A stretch of DNA of 64,000 nucleotides from Lophium mytilinum. Lineage: Eukaryota. Positions 1 to 10,319 of this stretch are shown piece by piece (position 1 is the first letter of the stretch; each line of letters begins with the position of its first letter). Below the pieces are notes generated by a model that was given only the letters and a program-made list of their open reading frames with translations, was not told where the DNA came from and did no database searches. The translations under genes and the position numbers were made by a program. The stretch spans positions 64,726-128,725 of the forward strand of contig MU004198.1 in NCBI GenBank assembly GCA_010093605.1, written 5' to 3'.

Positions 1-30
1 GAGCAGGCGATAGGACCTTGGCACCATCAT
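1..30 (-). CDS. Possible 5' end of a gene running off the window (MMVPRSYRLL...)
   Basis: CACCATGATG start context on the minus strand; TATATA about 300 bp upstream at 325-330; only 10 codons visible. Confidence 0.25.
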   Translation of the reverse strand, partial: MMVPRSYRLL

Positions 31-779
31 GGTGAACCGCTGGGTAGGCTCCACTCCTCGTACGGAACGTGACAAACGTGACGGGTGCCGCAGGGCAGGT
101 CTGGCGCGGTCGGGGACAGGCCTCGCTGCCAGACAAGGTTCGTGACGTTTGGTCGCAGGACGCTGGCGGGTCGCTTTACGTTATTGCCTCGGCGGGATTG
201 GATGCAGGGCCACAACGGGGTAGCTGAGGTTGACATCGGGCGTCCCAGGGGAAAGGTCGGCTTGGCGAGGCTGTCAGAGTCGTGTGGTGTTGTTTGACGA
301 AGGACAAAGAGACGTGCTGGTGGGTATATAGGGAGACGACTGAGATGGGGGCAGTGAGACCGAGCGCCAGGCAGGAGATGGGGGAGTTTGGGGGTGATGA
401 CGGATACGACAAGTCAAAGCCCGATAAGAGACGGGATGCCATCGGCTTTACTCGCTGCCACCTGCCAGCGGTCGCGTGTGCCCTCGGGCGCTCAGGCTGC
501 CCTCAGGCTGATGTGACTCTGCAGCGCCTGCCCGGCCTTCGCCTTGCACGCTGCAGCGGCCGCCCATTCCGGCTGGACGAGGCAGAAAATAGCGCTCCTT
601 GCGGTTCTTCGGGGGCGTGCTGTCCCTGTCGCCGGCATCCCGAACGACTGGCTTCAGATCTGACGCGCGAATAACGCCGCCTCCAATTGGCCCTCTCCCA
701 CATGCCTAAGTAGGGCTGATCTCCTTACAAGGGACGCTATGTCTGCATCATTCCACGCCCACGCTGCCTCTCCAAATTA

Positions 780-1054
780 CAAAGGGTGCGGCCGAGTGCA
801 TATTCCGGTTACGTAAGCATCTCACCCAAATCTCAAAAGTTGTTTTGCACCACCCACCATCGCTCAATAATTTTACTTGCTTCGAGCAATATCATCAAGA
901 AGCACCAAAAGATACTTCTAGCAATTTAGATTGCATCTGGTCGCGGTAATTGTCGTGGTGTAGCTCTTCTGAAACACCAAAATCTGGTGGTTTTGATGTT
1001 CCTCGCCTCGCGTAGCTGGTGGAGATCGGAATGTACACTCGGCCGCACCCTTTG
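780..1054. mobile_element. 275-bp MITE, Tc1/mariner-like
   Basis: 28-bp terminal inverted repeats, CAAAGGGTGCGGCCGAGTGCATATTCCG (780-807) and 1027-1054, with 2 mismatches; TA on both flanks (778-779, 1055-1056); no coding capacity. Confidence 0.8.
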
Positions 1055-1578
1055 TAACAGCGCAGGCGGTGAGGATGAAGTCTCTGCATCAGTCGTGTGC
1101 GGCTTCAACAGGCCAGCCAGCACAGCACCCGTCTGCGCATCTTGCATCTTGCATCCTCCGGCCAATTTATGTCTTCAGCTGCAGACGCAGGCCAGGTCAC
1201 ACCCCCCGTGCCATAGGGCCTCTCAGCTGCCTCAAGCTTATCTCGCCCAGCATCTTCGGGCCTGCCGCTGCATCATGCGCGCCAGCAAGTCGTGCAGCAA
1301 GCCGGTCGACTTCCGCCAGCCCCTTGCGAGGCGCGACCTTACCCCACAGCAACACCATACTGTAAACAGGCTGCCTATCCTGTAGAAATCCGGGGGAAGT
1401 GATAGGCGCGCCAAACACCCTGCGATAAGCATTTTCCACAGCCGCCGTTCCCGACCCTCCCGGGCGAGCTTGCCTTGACTGAGACTGAGTAAGAAAGATA
1501 ATAATATGAGCGTGGCTCCACCAGAATTGATTGCACTGTGACTGCTGAGCGGAAGCGACTCCGTCCCGCACGTATTTA

Positions 1579-1702
1579 TGCTCACCGTTCACGATCCCGC
1601 GTATAAGCATATTTGTTTTGAACATGATGTCTCGCTGCATACGCCACCGATCCGCGTGGGAATCGAGCGCCGGAGCAGTGATTCGAGCCCTGCGAGCCCA
1701 CT
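1579..1702 (+). repeat. Direct repeat, copy A (partner at 11747-11843)
   Basis: TGCTCACCGTTCACGATCCCGCGTATAAGCATATTTGTTTTGAA is 43/44 identical to 11747-11790; weaker similarity continues (GCTGCAT, TGATTCG..GCCCTG). Confidence 0.85.
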
Positions 1703-2337
1703 AGAAGATCAGACGGCAGGGGGTGTACGTGGGGTGTACGTAGAGTGAAATAGGGGTGTATAGTTGTCCCAAAAATGAAATTCAAGCCAAATCCGACCAC
1801 CACACCACTTCCAATCGATCCCAAGGTACTGTAAGAGGCTGTGCGGCATCCGCTGAGACGTCCCCCGGTGTCCATTTTGTGAATAGACCTCTTTTTTCGA
1901 AAATCGTCCATTTTGGCCGAAAATCGACATTCCACAACATGATCCAATTGCCCTGAAACCTTCGCTGTGCAGTCCTTGCGGTCTGAAAAGGCGGCCTCTG
2001 TGATTTGAGTTACCGACATCCAAATGAGCTTGTGAACCGCTGATTACGGGTATAATAGCCAAGGCGTTAGAAGGTAGATCGAATGGAGTTGCGAGCACAT
2101 GTGAGAAGCATTCTAGTACGTGGCTCTGTTTTGACTTGTGACACGTGAAGTTGCCTATTACTGCTTGGGGCCCTCTGGCATATGGTTCACCAAATGTGAA
2201 GCGAAAACATGGTGGCAGTCTATGCCAAGCCTAGCTCACAACTTCACCTCACTTCACTTTCCACCGCGTGCACTCATAACCTCTCTCCTCTACAACCACG
2301 ACACGACCTTAATCTTACACCTCTTCACAGTTCCACA

Positions 2338-2946
2338 ATGGATCCGACTTTCGAGAACCTCGCGTTCGTGAAGGCCATGGAAGAGGACCTGAAAGCAGCT
2401 GAGAGCCGCGCGAAGGCAAGAAAGGAGGCCCTCGAGAAGTTTGAGGTGAGAAACCAGAAGCTGAACGAGAGGGCCTCCACCCTCATAGCGGAGCTCAAAG
2501 AGCTCGACAGCCCTAGCTCTTCTGAGGAGGTCGCGAAGCTCATGGAGCAGCTGGAGCAAGACAAGGCCACCATCGCTGAGAAGCTGTCGCAAAAGCGTCG
2601 CAAAGATGCTCCGGTTGAGCATTACGACCCAGAAGACGACAAGATGATGTCTGGCCTTGGTGGTGAACAGGTCCCTTTGGGCGAGGAGCTGCAACAGCAA
2701 CTCGCACAGGATCAGTCGCCGAAGAAGAAGGAATCGCAGACACGGATCTCCGAGGCCTCGAGCAAGGGCATCCAATCTCAAGCTGAGCAGCTAGAGAAGT
2801 CCGAGATTCTTGGGCGGCGCGGGCAACTCCAAGATGCCCAACGACCGGTGCACAAGACCAACGAAGCTTTGAGCAAACTCGAGGCTGAGATGGCTCAAGT
2901 GCAGGTTGTGGACGAGGAGGAGATGTCGGACGAGGAGATCCTGTGA
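2338..2946 (+). CDS. Orphan coiled-coil protein (202 aa)
   Basis: Intronless, E/K-rich helical ORF starting at CACAATG; shares the GGEQVPLGEEL(Q/H)QQLAQ block with the ORF at 10320. Confidence 0.6.
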   Translation: MDPTFENLAFVKAMEEDLKAAESRAKARKEALEKFEVRNQKLNERASTLIAELKELDSPSSSEEVAKLMEQLEQDKATIAEKLSQKRRKDAPVEHYDPEDDKMMSGLGGEQVPLGEELQQQLAQDQSPKKKESQTRISEASSKGIQSQAEQLEKSEILGRRGQLQDAQRPVHKTNEALSKLEAEMAQVQVVDEEEMSDEEIL

Positions 2947-3329
2947 GAGATCCTCTAACGCACGAAAGACAGACTAGTCCAATGGCTGCTGTCTCCACCC
3001 GAAGGTGGTTCCCACGGTAAAAGCAACCTTTGACCGTGGTGTGCGTGTGTTCAAGAGGGAGTTTTATATCAGGTAGTTAGTATTGAGAGCTTTATCACTA
3101 ATCACCGTCACTGAAGTTGCTCTCTGAATGAATTTGCTGCGATGAACTCCCTTCAAGACGTGCATCTCTTTCATATATCACCATCCAACAGACAACGGCG
3201 TAAGTCGTGGCATAGACGCCAAAGGCCCGTAAGGAATGTCGGATCAATCATGCTATTATATTAATGTAAATGGGTGAGCTTATATACGTGATGAACGAGG
3301 AGAACAACGTAATATTTGTAGTGAACACT

Positions 3330-3570
3330 CTCTTTACTTACCACTGTCTGAGGTATCCTGTACCCCCTTTCAAAAGCTGATTTACTGCATTTTGGGCGGC
3401 TGGAAACACCGTGAGGGCACCTCAGACAGTTAATTTCTGCTGTGCATAACATAACATGCTCAGGTCTAGCAACGCCGCTTGGACCAGCAATTTGGATGGA
3501 GGCCCGCTTGTTTCGAGGCTGAAGGTCACGATAAATGAGGCCTTCAGTATACATACAGTGACTGTAACGA
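3330..3570 (-). pseudogene. Degraded protein-kinase fragment
   Basis: MYTEGLIYRDLQPRN...IQIAGPSGVARP...GYRIPQ resembles the kinase HRDLKPxN, DFG and YRAPE motifs, with catalytic residues lost. Confidence 0.35.
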
Positions 3571-3931
3571 GAAGAAATTGAAAGCACACTGCGACAGATA
3601 TCTTATGAGTGGATGAGATAGTGACAAAAGTCGGGAAAAGTCTTTTTGATCTACACTGCGCTGAAGGATACATACTTTGACCACTCGTCCATAACTGTGA
3701 TCAAGCGTAGCATGCTTCCCACTTATCTGTTGAGAGCGGTGCGTATCGTTTCGTCACTTTTCTACACCTGAGCATCACCTTGACACTGGCGTGGCAAGAC
3801 TGAGCGAGACCGAATTGACCACAATCCGGCTATGATTCTGGAAACTGCCTACACACACCAACACACACCCTTGCCACAATCGAATTAACGTCGACGCCAA
3901 CGCCAACGCTCTCAGTTCTTTTTTCGTTGAC

Positions 3932-4324
3932 ATGTCCAATCCCTTCAACTTCCAACCCAGCGCAGACCGAGGTCGCGGAGGTCGTGGAGGCTGCGGAGGA
4001 CGTAGTGGGTCTGGTGGGTTTACTGCTGGACATGGCGGCCAGGGTCGCGGTAGTCGTGGAGGCTCTTCTGGGGTGCCTACGGGTCTTGCTGCCGCCCGCC
4101 CTGCACCAACGTGCTTGACGCGCGGTCGATCCGGCTACGGCTTCCGGGACTGCCGCGACAAATGCTAGCAATGTTAGAGCTCCCAGCACCCGCGTTAAAT
4201 ATGTTGGGCGAGCCCGCGGCTGTATCCTATAAATTATTAGTGGCGGACAGATGTCTAAAGGCCAGAATAGAGTGCCACCTTTCTTATGCCCTGCGAGCTA
4301 GGCTACGCTAGCCGCTTCGGGTAA
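3932..4324 (+). pseudogene. RGG-rich protein with two CCHC zinc knuckles, inactivated by RIP-like mutation
   Basis: RGG repeats, then CLT(R)GRSG(Y)GFRDC and C*QC*SSQHPR*IC; reading TAG/TAA as CAG/CAA restores CX2CX4HX4C. Confidence 0.65.
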
Positions 4325-4454
4325 AGTCATTCGGGCCGATGATAATCCCTGACAGCTGCGCTCAACGGTACGTGTTGATGCCGCGTCAATCCTAGACCGC
4401 ACCACCTCATCCATTCAGCGATACAACCCTACACACGTCCACCTGTCTGTCAAC

Positions 4455-5450
4455 ATGTCAGATAAAATCACCTCTTATTTGACAAGGCCTGGCGAGAAGG
4501 GAGAGACGCTGGGGGCGTATGCGCGGAATTTCGGGCCCGGCTTCGACCTCCAAGAGATCGTAGAGAACGTGCATCGAGATGGAACGAGAGTTTACGATAA
4601 AGCTCGTCTAGCGGAGTTGAAGGCAGAGGTAGAGAAGAAGGCTAAAAGGGTCCATCAGCTAACTGAAGAGGCCAAGCCTCTTTATACTACTCTATTTGAC
4701 TCTAGCAAAGGCTCCGCAGAGGGGTGCGACGCCCTGTGGGCACACTACAAAGGCGTCGAGCGGGCTTCGGAGACCAGGTTCAGAGAATTGGAGGCCCGAG
4801 CAGATGCCCGCGTCGCTCGCGCGGAAGCCCGAGTGGATCAACTCGAGGCGATGGCGAACGCCTCGAATACGCAGATGATGGCACTCACTGAGAGCCTTGC
4901 GAACGAGACGGCGATGCGGGGGTCAGCGGATCAAGCCCTGGCTCGGGCCACCCAGGACTTGACGGAAGAGAAGGAGAGGAATGCGCAAGCCGGACTCGTC
5001 ATGAAAGCAGTGCCACAACTGGCCTCTTCGATGGACCTGCTGCAGCGCAAGTGCGATGAGCTTGAAAAAGAGGTCGCACGGGGAAAGGGCCTTGAAGAGA
5101 CGGTCAAGAACTTGACCGAACGTGTTAAGCAATCCGACGATGCCATCAGGAAACTCACTGAGGAAAACAAAAGATTGAACAACGAACTTGTTCGGTCTAG
5201 GATCGCTGAGGCTGCTTGGGCTGAGTCGCTGGATTCCAACGAAGTCTTGAGGACTCGTGCGATTGCCGTACGTGATCGGGATCAACTCAGTGCGGCTTTG
5301 AAGAACATGGCCCAAGATCATTGCCAATACGAGTCTGACCTGCGTTACTATCGGGACATGATGAACGCACACAAGGCCGAGGCAGAAAGACACAAGTCCG
5401 ATGCAGAACAGGCAACCAAGCTACTCGAACAGATCGCAGGATCACGATGA
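4455..5450 (+). CDS. Orphan coiled-coil protein (331 aa)
   Basis: Long intronless ORF with good start context (CAACATG) and heptad-like E/K/A/L composition. Confidence 0.65.
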   Translation: MSDKITSYLTRPGEKGETLGAYARNFGPGFDLQEIVENVHRDGTRVYDKARLAELKAEVEKKAKRVHQLTEEAKPLYTTLFDSSKGSAEGCDALWAHYKGVERASETRFRELEARADARVARAEARVDQLEAMANASNTQMMALTESLANETAMRGSADQALARATQDLTEEKERNAQAGLVMKAVPQLASSMDLLQRKCDELEKEVARGKGLEETVKNLTERVKQSDDAIRKLTEENKRLNNELVRSRIAEAAWAESLDSNEVLRTRAIAVRDRDQLSAALKNMAQDHCQYESDLRYYRDMMNAHKAEAERHKSDAEQATKLLEQIAGSR

Positions 5451-5821
5451 GCTAGTCTATTCTGAAGCTTCTGTCAGGCAAAACGTGTAGGTTGGGAGTG
5501 TTGAGCACGCGTGCCGGAGCTCGGAGAAGTAGCAGCTCACAGTTGCTTTTTCTGAGCCTTTGGCCGCAGGCTTTGCTTTAACTCACGGGAAGGCAGGAGT
5601 TGGATCTCGCTAGTTCTGCAGCAGAGGGCGTTGTTATGACTTCCAATGAGGTCAACAACAGCCTGAGCTATGAGGACTATTCAAGCGATTTCCACAATGC
5701 CTCCGATTTGTGAGAAAGGGCGAGGTGTGAGGCGGGATTGGCTTTCTTCCTGTTTCTGGGTACGGCGTTTTGATCTTTGTTTTAGAATTGAAAAAGTGAA
5801 CCTTCTCATTCCGGACTCTTC

Positions 5822-6529
5822 ATGCTTGGTAGTGAGGTCCCTGAACCACGCCTGGTTAAGATCATAAGGCTTGTAGTCAGTAGAGTACAGAACACTCCAA
5901 GCAGAATAACGCTCGAGCAGAAAGGCTTCACGATTGAGGCCGGGGAAGTGCTGGACGTGAAACGGGACTAGGAGGTGGGGAAGGAGACCTGGTCCACGAA
6001 CATGGACGCGGCAAAGTATGAGTTGGAGCCGTGCAAGTGGTACCTCCGCGATACTGACCAGCACCTTGAAAATGAGCGTAAAGCTCACGCTAAGGATCGC
6101 GAGCAAACTCGCGAGGCCTATGACGAAGGATAGGAGCACGCCACTAGCACTGCGTACCAGGGGGCGATTCCGATCGTCTAGAGTCAGGAAGCTGAAGTGG
6201 CTCGTTTGTCCGCAGAGCTCGAAAAGCACCAGCTCGATCTCGCTGCGGCGATGGAGGAGGTGGAGAGACTGCGCGACGAAAATGATGAGCTCAAAGCTGG
6301 TCAAGGTACTGATCCGACAGTACCTCCTGCTTCGACCCAAAGTCCAGGTCATGGAGAAGCCGGATCCGCCAGTAGCGCTATGGGACGATTGGCTTCCAAA
6401 GAAGTCATCCTTGACCCAAACCATCCAGGCTACTTGGAGCTGGACTTCTCCGACGACGATCAGGGTGGAGATGCCAAAATGACGGGGATGGAGGGGCACT
6501 GGAAGCCGTCCTCACGACCTAACAGTTGA
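5822..6529 (+). pseudogene. Coiled-coil orphan gene interrupted by three in-frame TAG codons
   Basis: One frame stays open from about 5822 to 6529 except for TAG at 5969, 6131 and 6179; in frame with ORF 6197..6529. Confidence 0.55.
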
Positions 6530-7156
6530 TACTTAGACCTTGGACTGGTCGCCTGTGAGGTTCAGAGACCGGACAGATCCGGTTGATGTTCCTCCCTAGT
6601 GATTCCAATTGGCAATATCTTTGGGCGCTGAGAGAGAGGGTGAATTGGTGGAGTTGTTCGTAGAAGAGCAGTTTTCGATCTCTCAATCATCTTTCCTTGC
6701 GGGAGCGAAACACCTGTATGTTTACTTTTCTATCTTATTGACTAATGGAGTAGCTCGTGTGCCACTTCCCAATCTCGGGCATCTATTGAACGGGTAACTT
6801 CAGACGACAGTGACTGATAAACTACGCGTTCTCTAATAAGACCGAGAGCAAATACTACATTTTCCTGCTGCTGTACTCGAATAGTGGTCGGACCCATTTG
6901 AAGCTGTCATGGAATATGGTGGGGTCTGTGAGCCCATGGACAGCAGCAAGAAGCGGTCTCGTCTCAATAGCTGCCGGCGAAAGACAAAAAAACAGTCGTG
7001 AAACCTACCAAAAGCTAGGGCTAATTTAACTACCTACTGCGCATCTTTTCGGCGTACTTTGAGGGTATTCGAGGGCTTGTGGCGCGCCGTGCTGAATTGG
7101 ATGGCACTTTGCTGTGGACAAATTAGGCCTAGCGCGCGTGACAACATGGGTTTGTT

Positions 7157-8393
7157 TTGAGCGCGGTCGGTCTTGATCCTGCTCTTTACAACCCACACAA
7201 GCCCATCATCTGTGCTACCAAGGATGAACTCGACACTTTTATTCGGTCTACGATGACCATGACGAGGGAGCAGATGCGCGCGAGGGGTGAGGAGGCTGCC
7301 GCGATTGTGTTCGCATCTGACTTTGGTACGCTTCCTTCCTGTCGCCCATGGTTGTCATAGATTGCCAACTTTGTGCAGTATCCCGTGCCTTCTCCTAACC
7401 ATCTACAGCCGAAGTTGCAGATTGGGAAAACTCCAGATACATGGAGTAGGAGGGGCAGGACGATGCCGGCCCTTAGCTTGACGACAGTCGCCCAGGGGCG
7501 ATTCCGAAGGCTAGGAAGAAGTCGGCGACCTATAAGATAGCTAACAAGCTATACTGAACGAGGAATCAGGAAGCGAAAAGGCGGTGGAAGGCGAAGAAGA
7601 AGGAGGACGCGCAGGACGACACCGTTTGTCACGCGAGCCCGCCTGGCAGGGCTACCGTCACAAAAAGTGAGACTCTGAAGCACCGTGCGCCCCGCTAAGT
7701 AGAGTCTCACTTTTTGTGACGGGAGCCCTGCCTGGTGTGGTGCCTGGCAGCAGCCCCAGCTCGTCCAAAATGGCGAGTATTGCAACGCCAAGTGATGCCA
7801 TCGATTGGGCGACGATTATGAACGATGCCGCCGAAGCGGGCAAAATGGAGTCGCCGCCTGCGCCTATGAAAGTGGTGAAGAAGTGCCGATTCTTTGGAAC
7901 ATCGCAAGGTTGTCCATTTGGCCCACAGTGCCTCTACAACCACATCGAAAAGGACGGCACGGTGGTGCAAACAAGTTTATGCCCGCCCACCGAGCCCACT
8001 GGCAGCAAACACCGCCGGAGTGACCAAAGTCACCGAGCGGAGGGGTCTTCCAAGAAGGCCCAGCTGAACCCAGAGGCTGTGCCGTTCGGCGATTCGGCGA
8101 CTTGGAAGAAGAAGGCTGTGGTCAATATAACGGCAGATGGGGAGCGGACGAAGAAGGAGAACGGGGAGAATCGGAGTCTGGCGGCGAGTGGTCACAAGTT
8201 TGTGGCCCCGTCGCTGCGTACGTTCCACAATGGCGTCGAGCTTCCGTTTTGTCCTGGCAAGGGTGACGGGGAGGGTGCTGAGGGGAGTGCGGCGGGAGGG
8301 GCTACGTCGGGCAATGAGATGGCCTTGAAATATATTTCTTTTTTCTTTTGTAATCGAAATGAAGATTCCAGCAAAAATCCAGCTACTGGGTGA
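7157..8393 (+). pseudogene. CCCH zinc-finger gene disrupted by stops and a mini-MITE
   Basis: Intron 7326-7408 (GTACGC..CTAAC..CAG) keeps the frame; stops at 7447, 7474 and 7555; removing the insertion at 7647-7735 rejoins the frame to CRFFGTSQGCPFGPQCLYNH (C-x8-C-x5-C-x3-H). The 3' part from ATG 7770 could still be expressed. Confidence 0.65.
7647..7730. mobile_element. 84-bp mini-MITE with 5-bp CCTGG target-site duplication
   Basis: 30-bp TIRs, CAGGGCTACCGTCACAAAAAGTGAGACTCT (7647-7676) and 7701-7730, with 1 mismatch; CCTGG at 7642-7646 and 7731-7735. Confidence 0.85.
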
Positions 8394-8824
8394 CTCGCAC
8401 AGAACAAGGAGCTGTAAGCCGTGTGCGTGATGTATTAGATGATGATTGACTAATGATATAAGGGAGAGAGAGATCTGGAGGAAGGTGAGGCCTCATAAAA
8501 GAGGTAACACGTGCCTGCCGTAGCCCTCACCGCTCCTCCCTGACAACTAGGGCGAACGCGAGGGGAGAGCACGTAGGCCTGCATGTTTGCAGCTTAGCTT
8601 AAGGATCTTATTGGACACTCAAATATCAAAAGTAATTTTTTGAAGAAGAAGATAGTAAAACCTCTCATATTATTAACTACGTCTTGGCCATCTGATTCTG
8701 CCCGACAAGCCAGTCCTTTACGAAAGATCGCTTTCGTTATGGAAGCCACTTGGGTTGCCAAGTTGGATCCAACAGAGCGAAGCCCTGTTGTCTGGAGTCC
8801 TGCAATGGAATCATGATACCATCC

Positions 8825-10087
8825 TCACCCATCCAACCCGTCGACGCCTTCGATATCTTCGATAGGCGCAGGCAGGACTTCCCGCATAACCTTGATTTCC
8901 TCCTGGAGGCGGCGCTCTGCAATGTCCCAATAAGAGGAGGCCATAAGCGTGTTGTAGATCTCCCACTCTTGGGCAGGATCTTGGACATCACGTTTTGACC
9001 CCTCTGAGACCATGCGCTGCCACTCGAGCTCCGTTTCTTTCTTGGAAAGCTCCACCAGGTTTCGTTCAAGTGCCTCGACCTCTTCTCTATCCGGCCTGCT
9101 CTTCTCTTGGACTCTCGCAAGGTTCTCTTTCAATAAAGGGCGCCTGTAAACATCAGTTTGCCACATGATCCAATTCCCCTGCGTGATCCTCAGCAAGCTA
9201 GGATTATTCTGACCGGCGGGATGATGACTGAAGCCAAATCCATCGTAGATATAACCCCTCCCTATCATCGTGAACAAGCTCTCTGCAACGAAGCCGTGGT
9301 TAGCATTCCAGATATAGTAAATAATCTGCTGTCGCATCCGATACTTGTCCTCCCCCCACAGTCCCATACAAATGGATTCTGTTAGATTCATGATGAAGTT
9401 TGAATTCCTATGCTTGGCATGGCTTTTCAAACGGTCTTCAGAATCAGCAGCATATCCGAACTCGACGAGAGGTATTGCCAGTGGCTCATCTCCATCTTCG
9501 GATGGAAAAGCGAGCATGCGAGTCTCTAGCGCGTCGCAAAACATTCGCAGCAGCCCTGACCTATCAGCGACTGGCACCGTTGGGTTGCCTTCGTCGCAAA
9601 GATAGCGTCGCAAGCCTTCTCTCTCGTCGGCAATGCTCCATGAATGCGCGCAACTTAGCCGCTCGTCGACCTCAAGAGCATATACGGGATCGCGCAGGTA
9701 TTGCCTGATCTTTCGCGTAACCCTCAAAAGCTCATTCGGAGACGGGCTCTTGCCTTTCTTGTCGGAAAGGAGCTGCATGTATATAGATGGCTGCAACTTG
9801 CCGCGACTTTTGTGAGCATCTAGCAGCCTTCCAACTGCTCGATCTTCTCGGTACAATTTTTCTAGATTCCCACCCACGATTGCGGACAACAGCCTTGGGT
9901 CAGTTGTCAGCAAAACCTCGTAGCAGGATATCTCAAACCGATCCTTCCTCAGACCCGTCACAATCGAGTGCCGTTTGTTGTTAGGTAGCTTCTTTTGGAG
10001 CTCCGTCCAAACAGCCTCTATCAACCCGTGAAATCCGCGAGTCCGCAAGCTCTCAGCAAACAGGTTGGCCTCTTGGTAGCTCGCCAT
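8825..10087 (-). CDS. Hypothetical protein (420 aa), possibly a divergent GIY-YIG-like nuclease
   Basis: Intact intronless ORF with ordered motifs PSIY...EFGY...RLKSH...AES...GFGFSHHPAG; the functional call is speculative. Confidence 0.7.
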   Translation of the reverse strand: MASYQEANLFAESLRTRGFHGLIEAVWTELQKKLPNNKRHSIVTGLRKDRFEISCYEVLLTTDPRLLSAIVGGNLEKLYREDRAVGRLLDAHKSRGKLQPSIYMQLLSDKKGKSPSPNELLRVTRKIRQYLRDPVYALEVDERLSCAHSWSIADEREGLRRYLCDEGNPTVPVADRSGLLRMFCDALETRMLAFPSEDGDEPLAIPLVEFGYAADSEDRLKSHAKHRNSNFIMNLTESICMGLWGEDKYRMRQQIIYYIWNANHGFVAESLFTMIGRGYIYDGFGFSHHPAGQNNPSLLRITQGNWIMWQTDVYRRPLLKENLARVQEKSRPDREEVEALERNLVELSKKETELEWQRMVSEGSKRDVQDPAQEWEIYNTLMASSYWDIAERRLQEEIKVMREVLPAPIEDIEGVDGLDG

Positions 10088-10319
10088 TGCTGATTATCGC
10101 CGTTAGTTCGTGAATTGGTGATGATGATTTAAGACGGTGAAAGATGAGCTGACGGAGAAACAAGTTCGCGAGAGCGAGGTAAATGAATTAGGGTTAGGCT
10201 AGACTAACTGATTAGAGACTAGCGGGCATGGTCCTCATGACTAAGCAGATGTTTGTCGCTACGAAGAGTTACTCAGCCGCCTTCAACTGCACCTTCCACA
10301 TCCTGACCAACTCAACATC

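Noticed and set aside
5681..6499. 272-aa minus-strand ORF
   Set aside because: Antisense shadow of the plus-strand pseudogene with no recognisable motifs.
3932..7560. TAG recoding or readthrough as the explanation for the many in-frame TAGs
   Set aside because: Conserved genes here (NCS1 permease, URB2) end in TAG, and TAA stops and CAC>TAC changes co-occur, which fits RIP-like mutation better.
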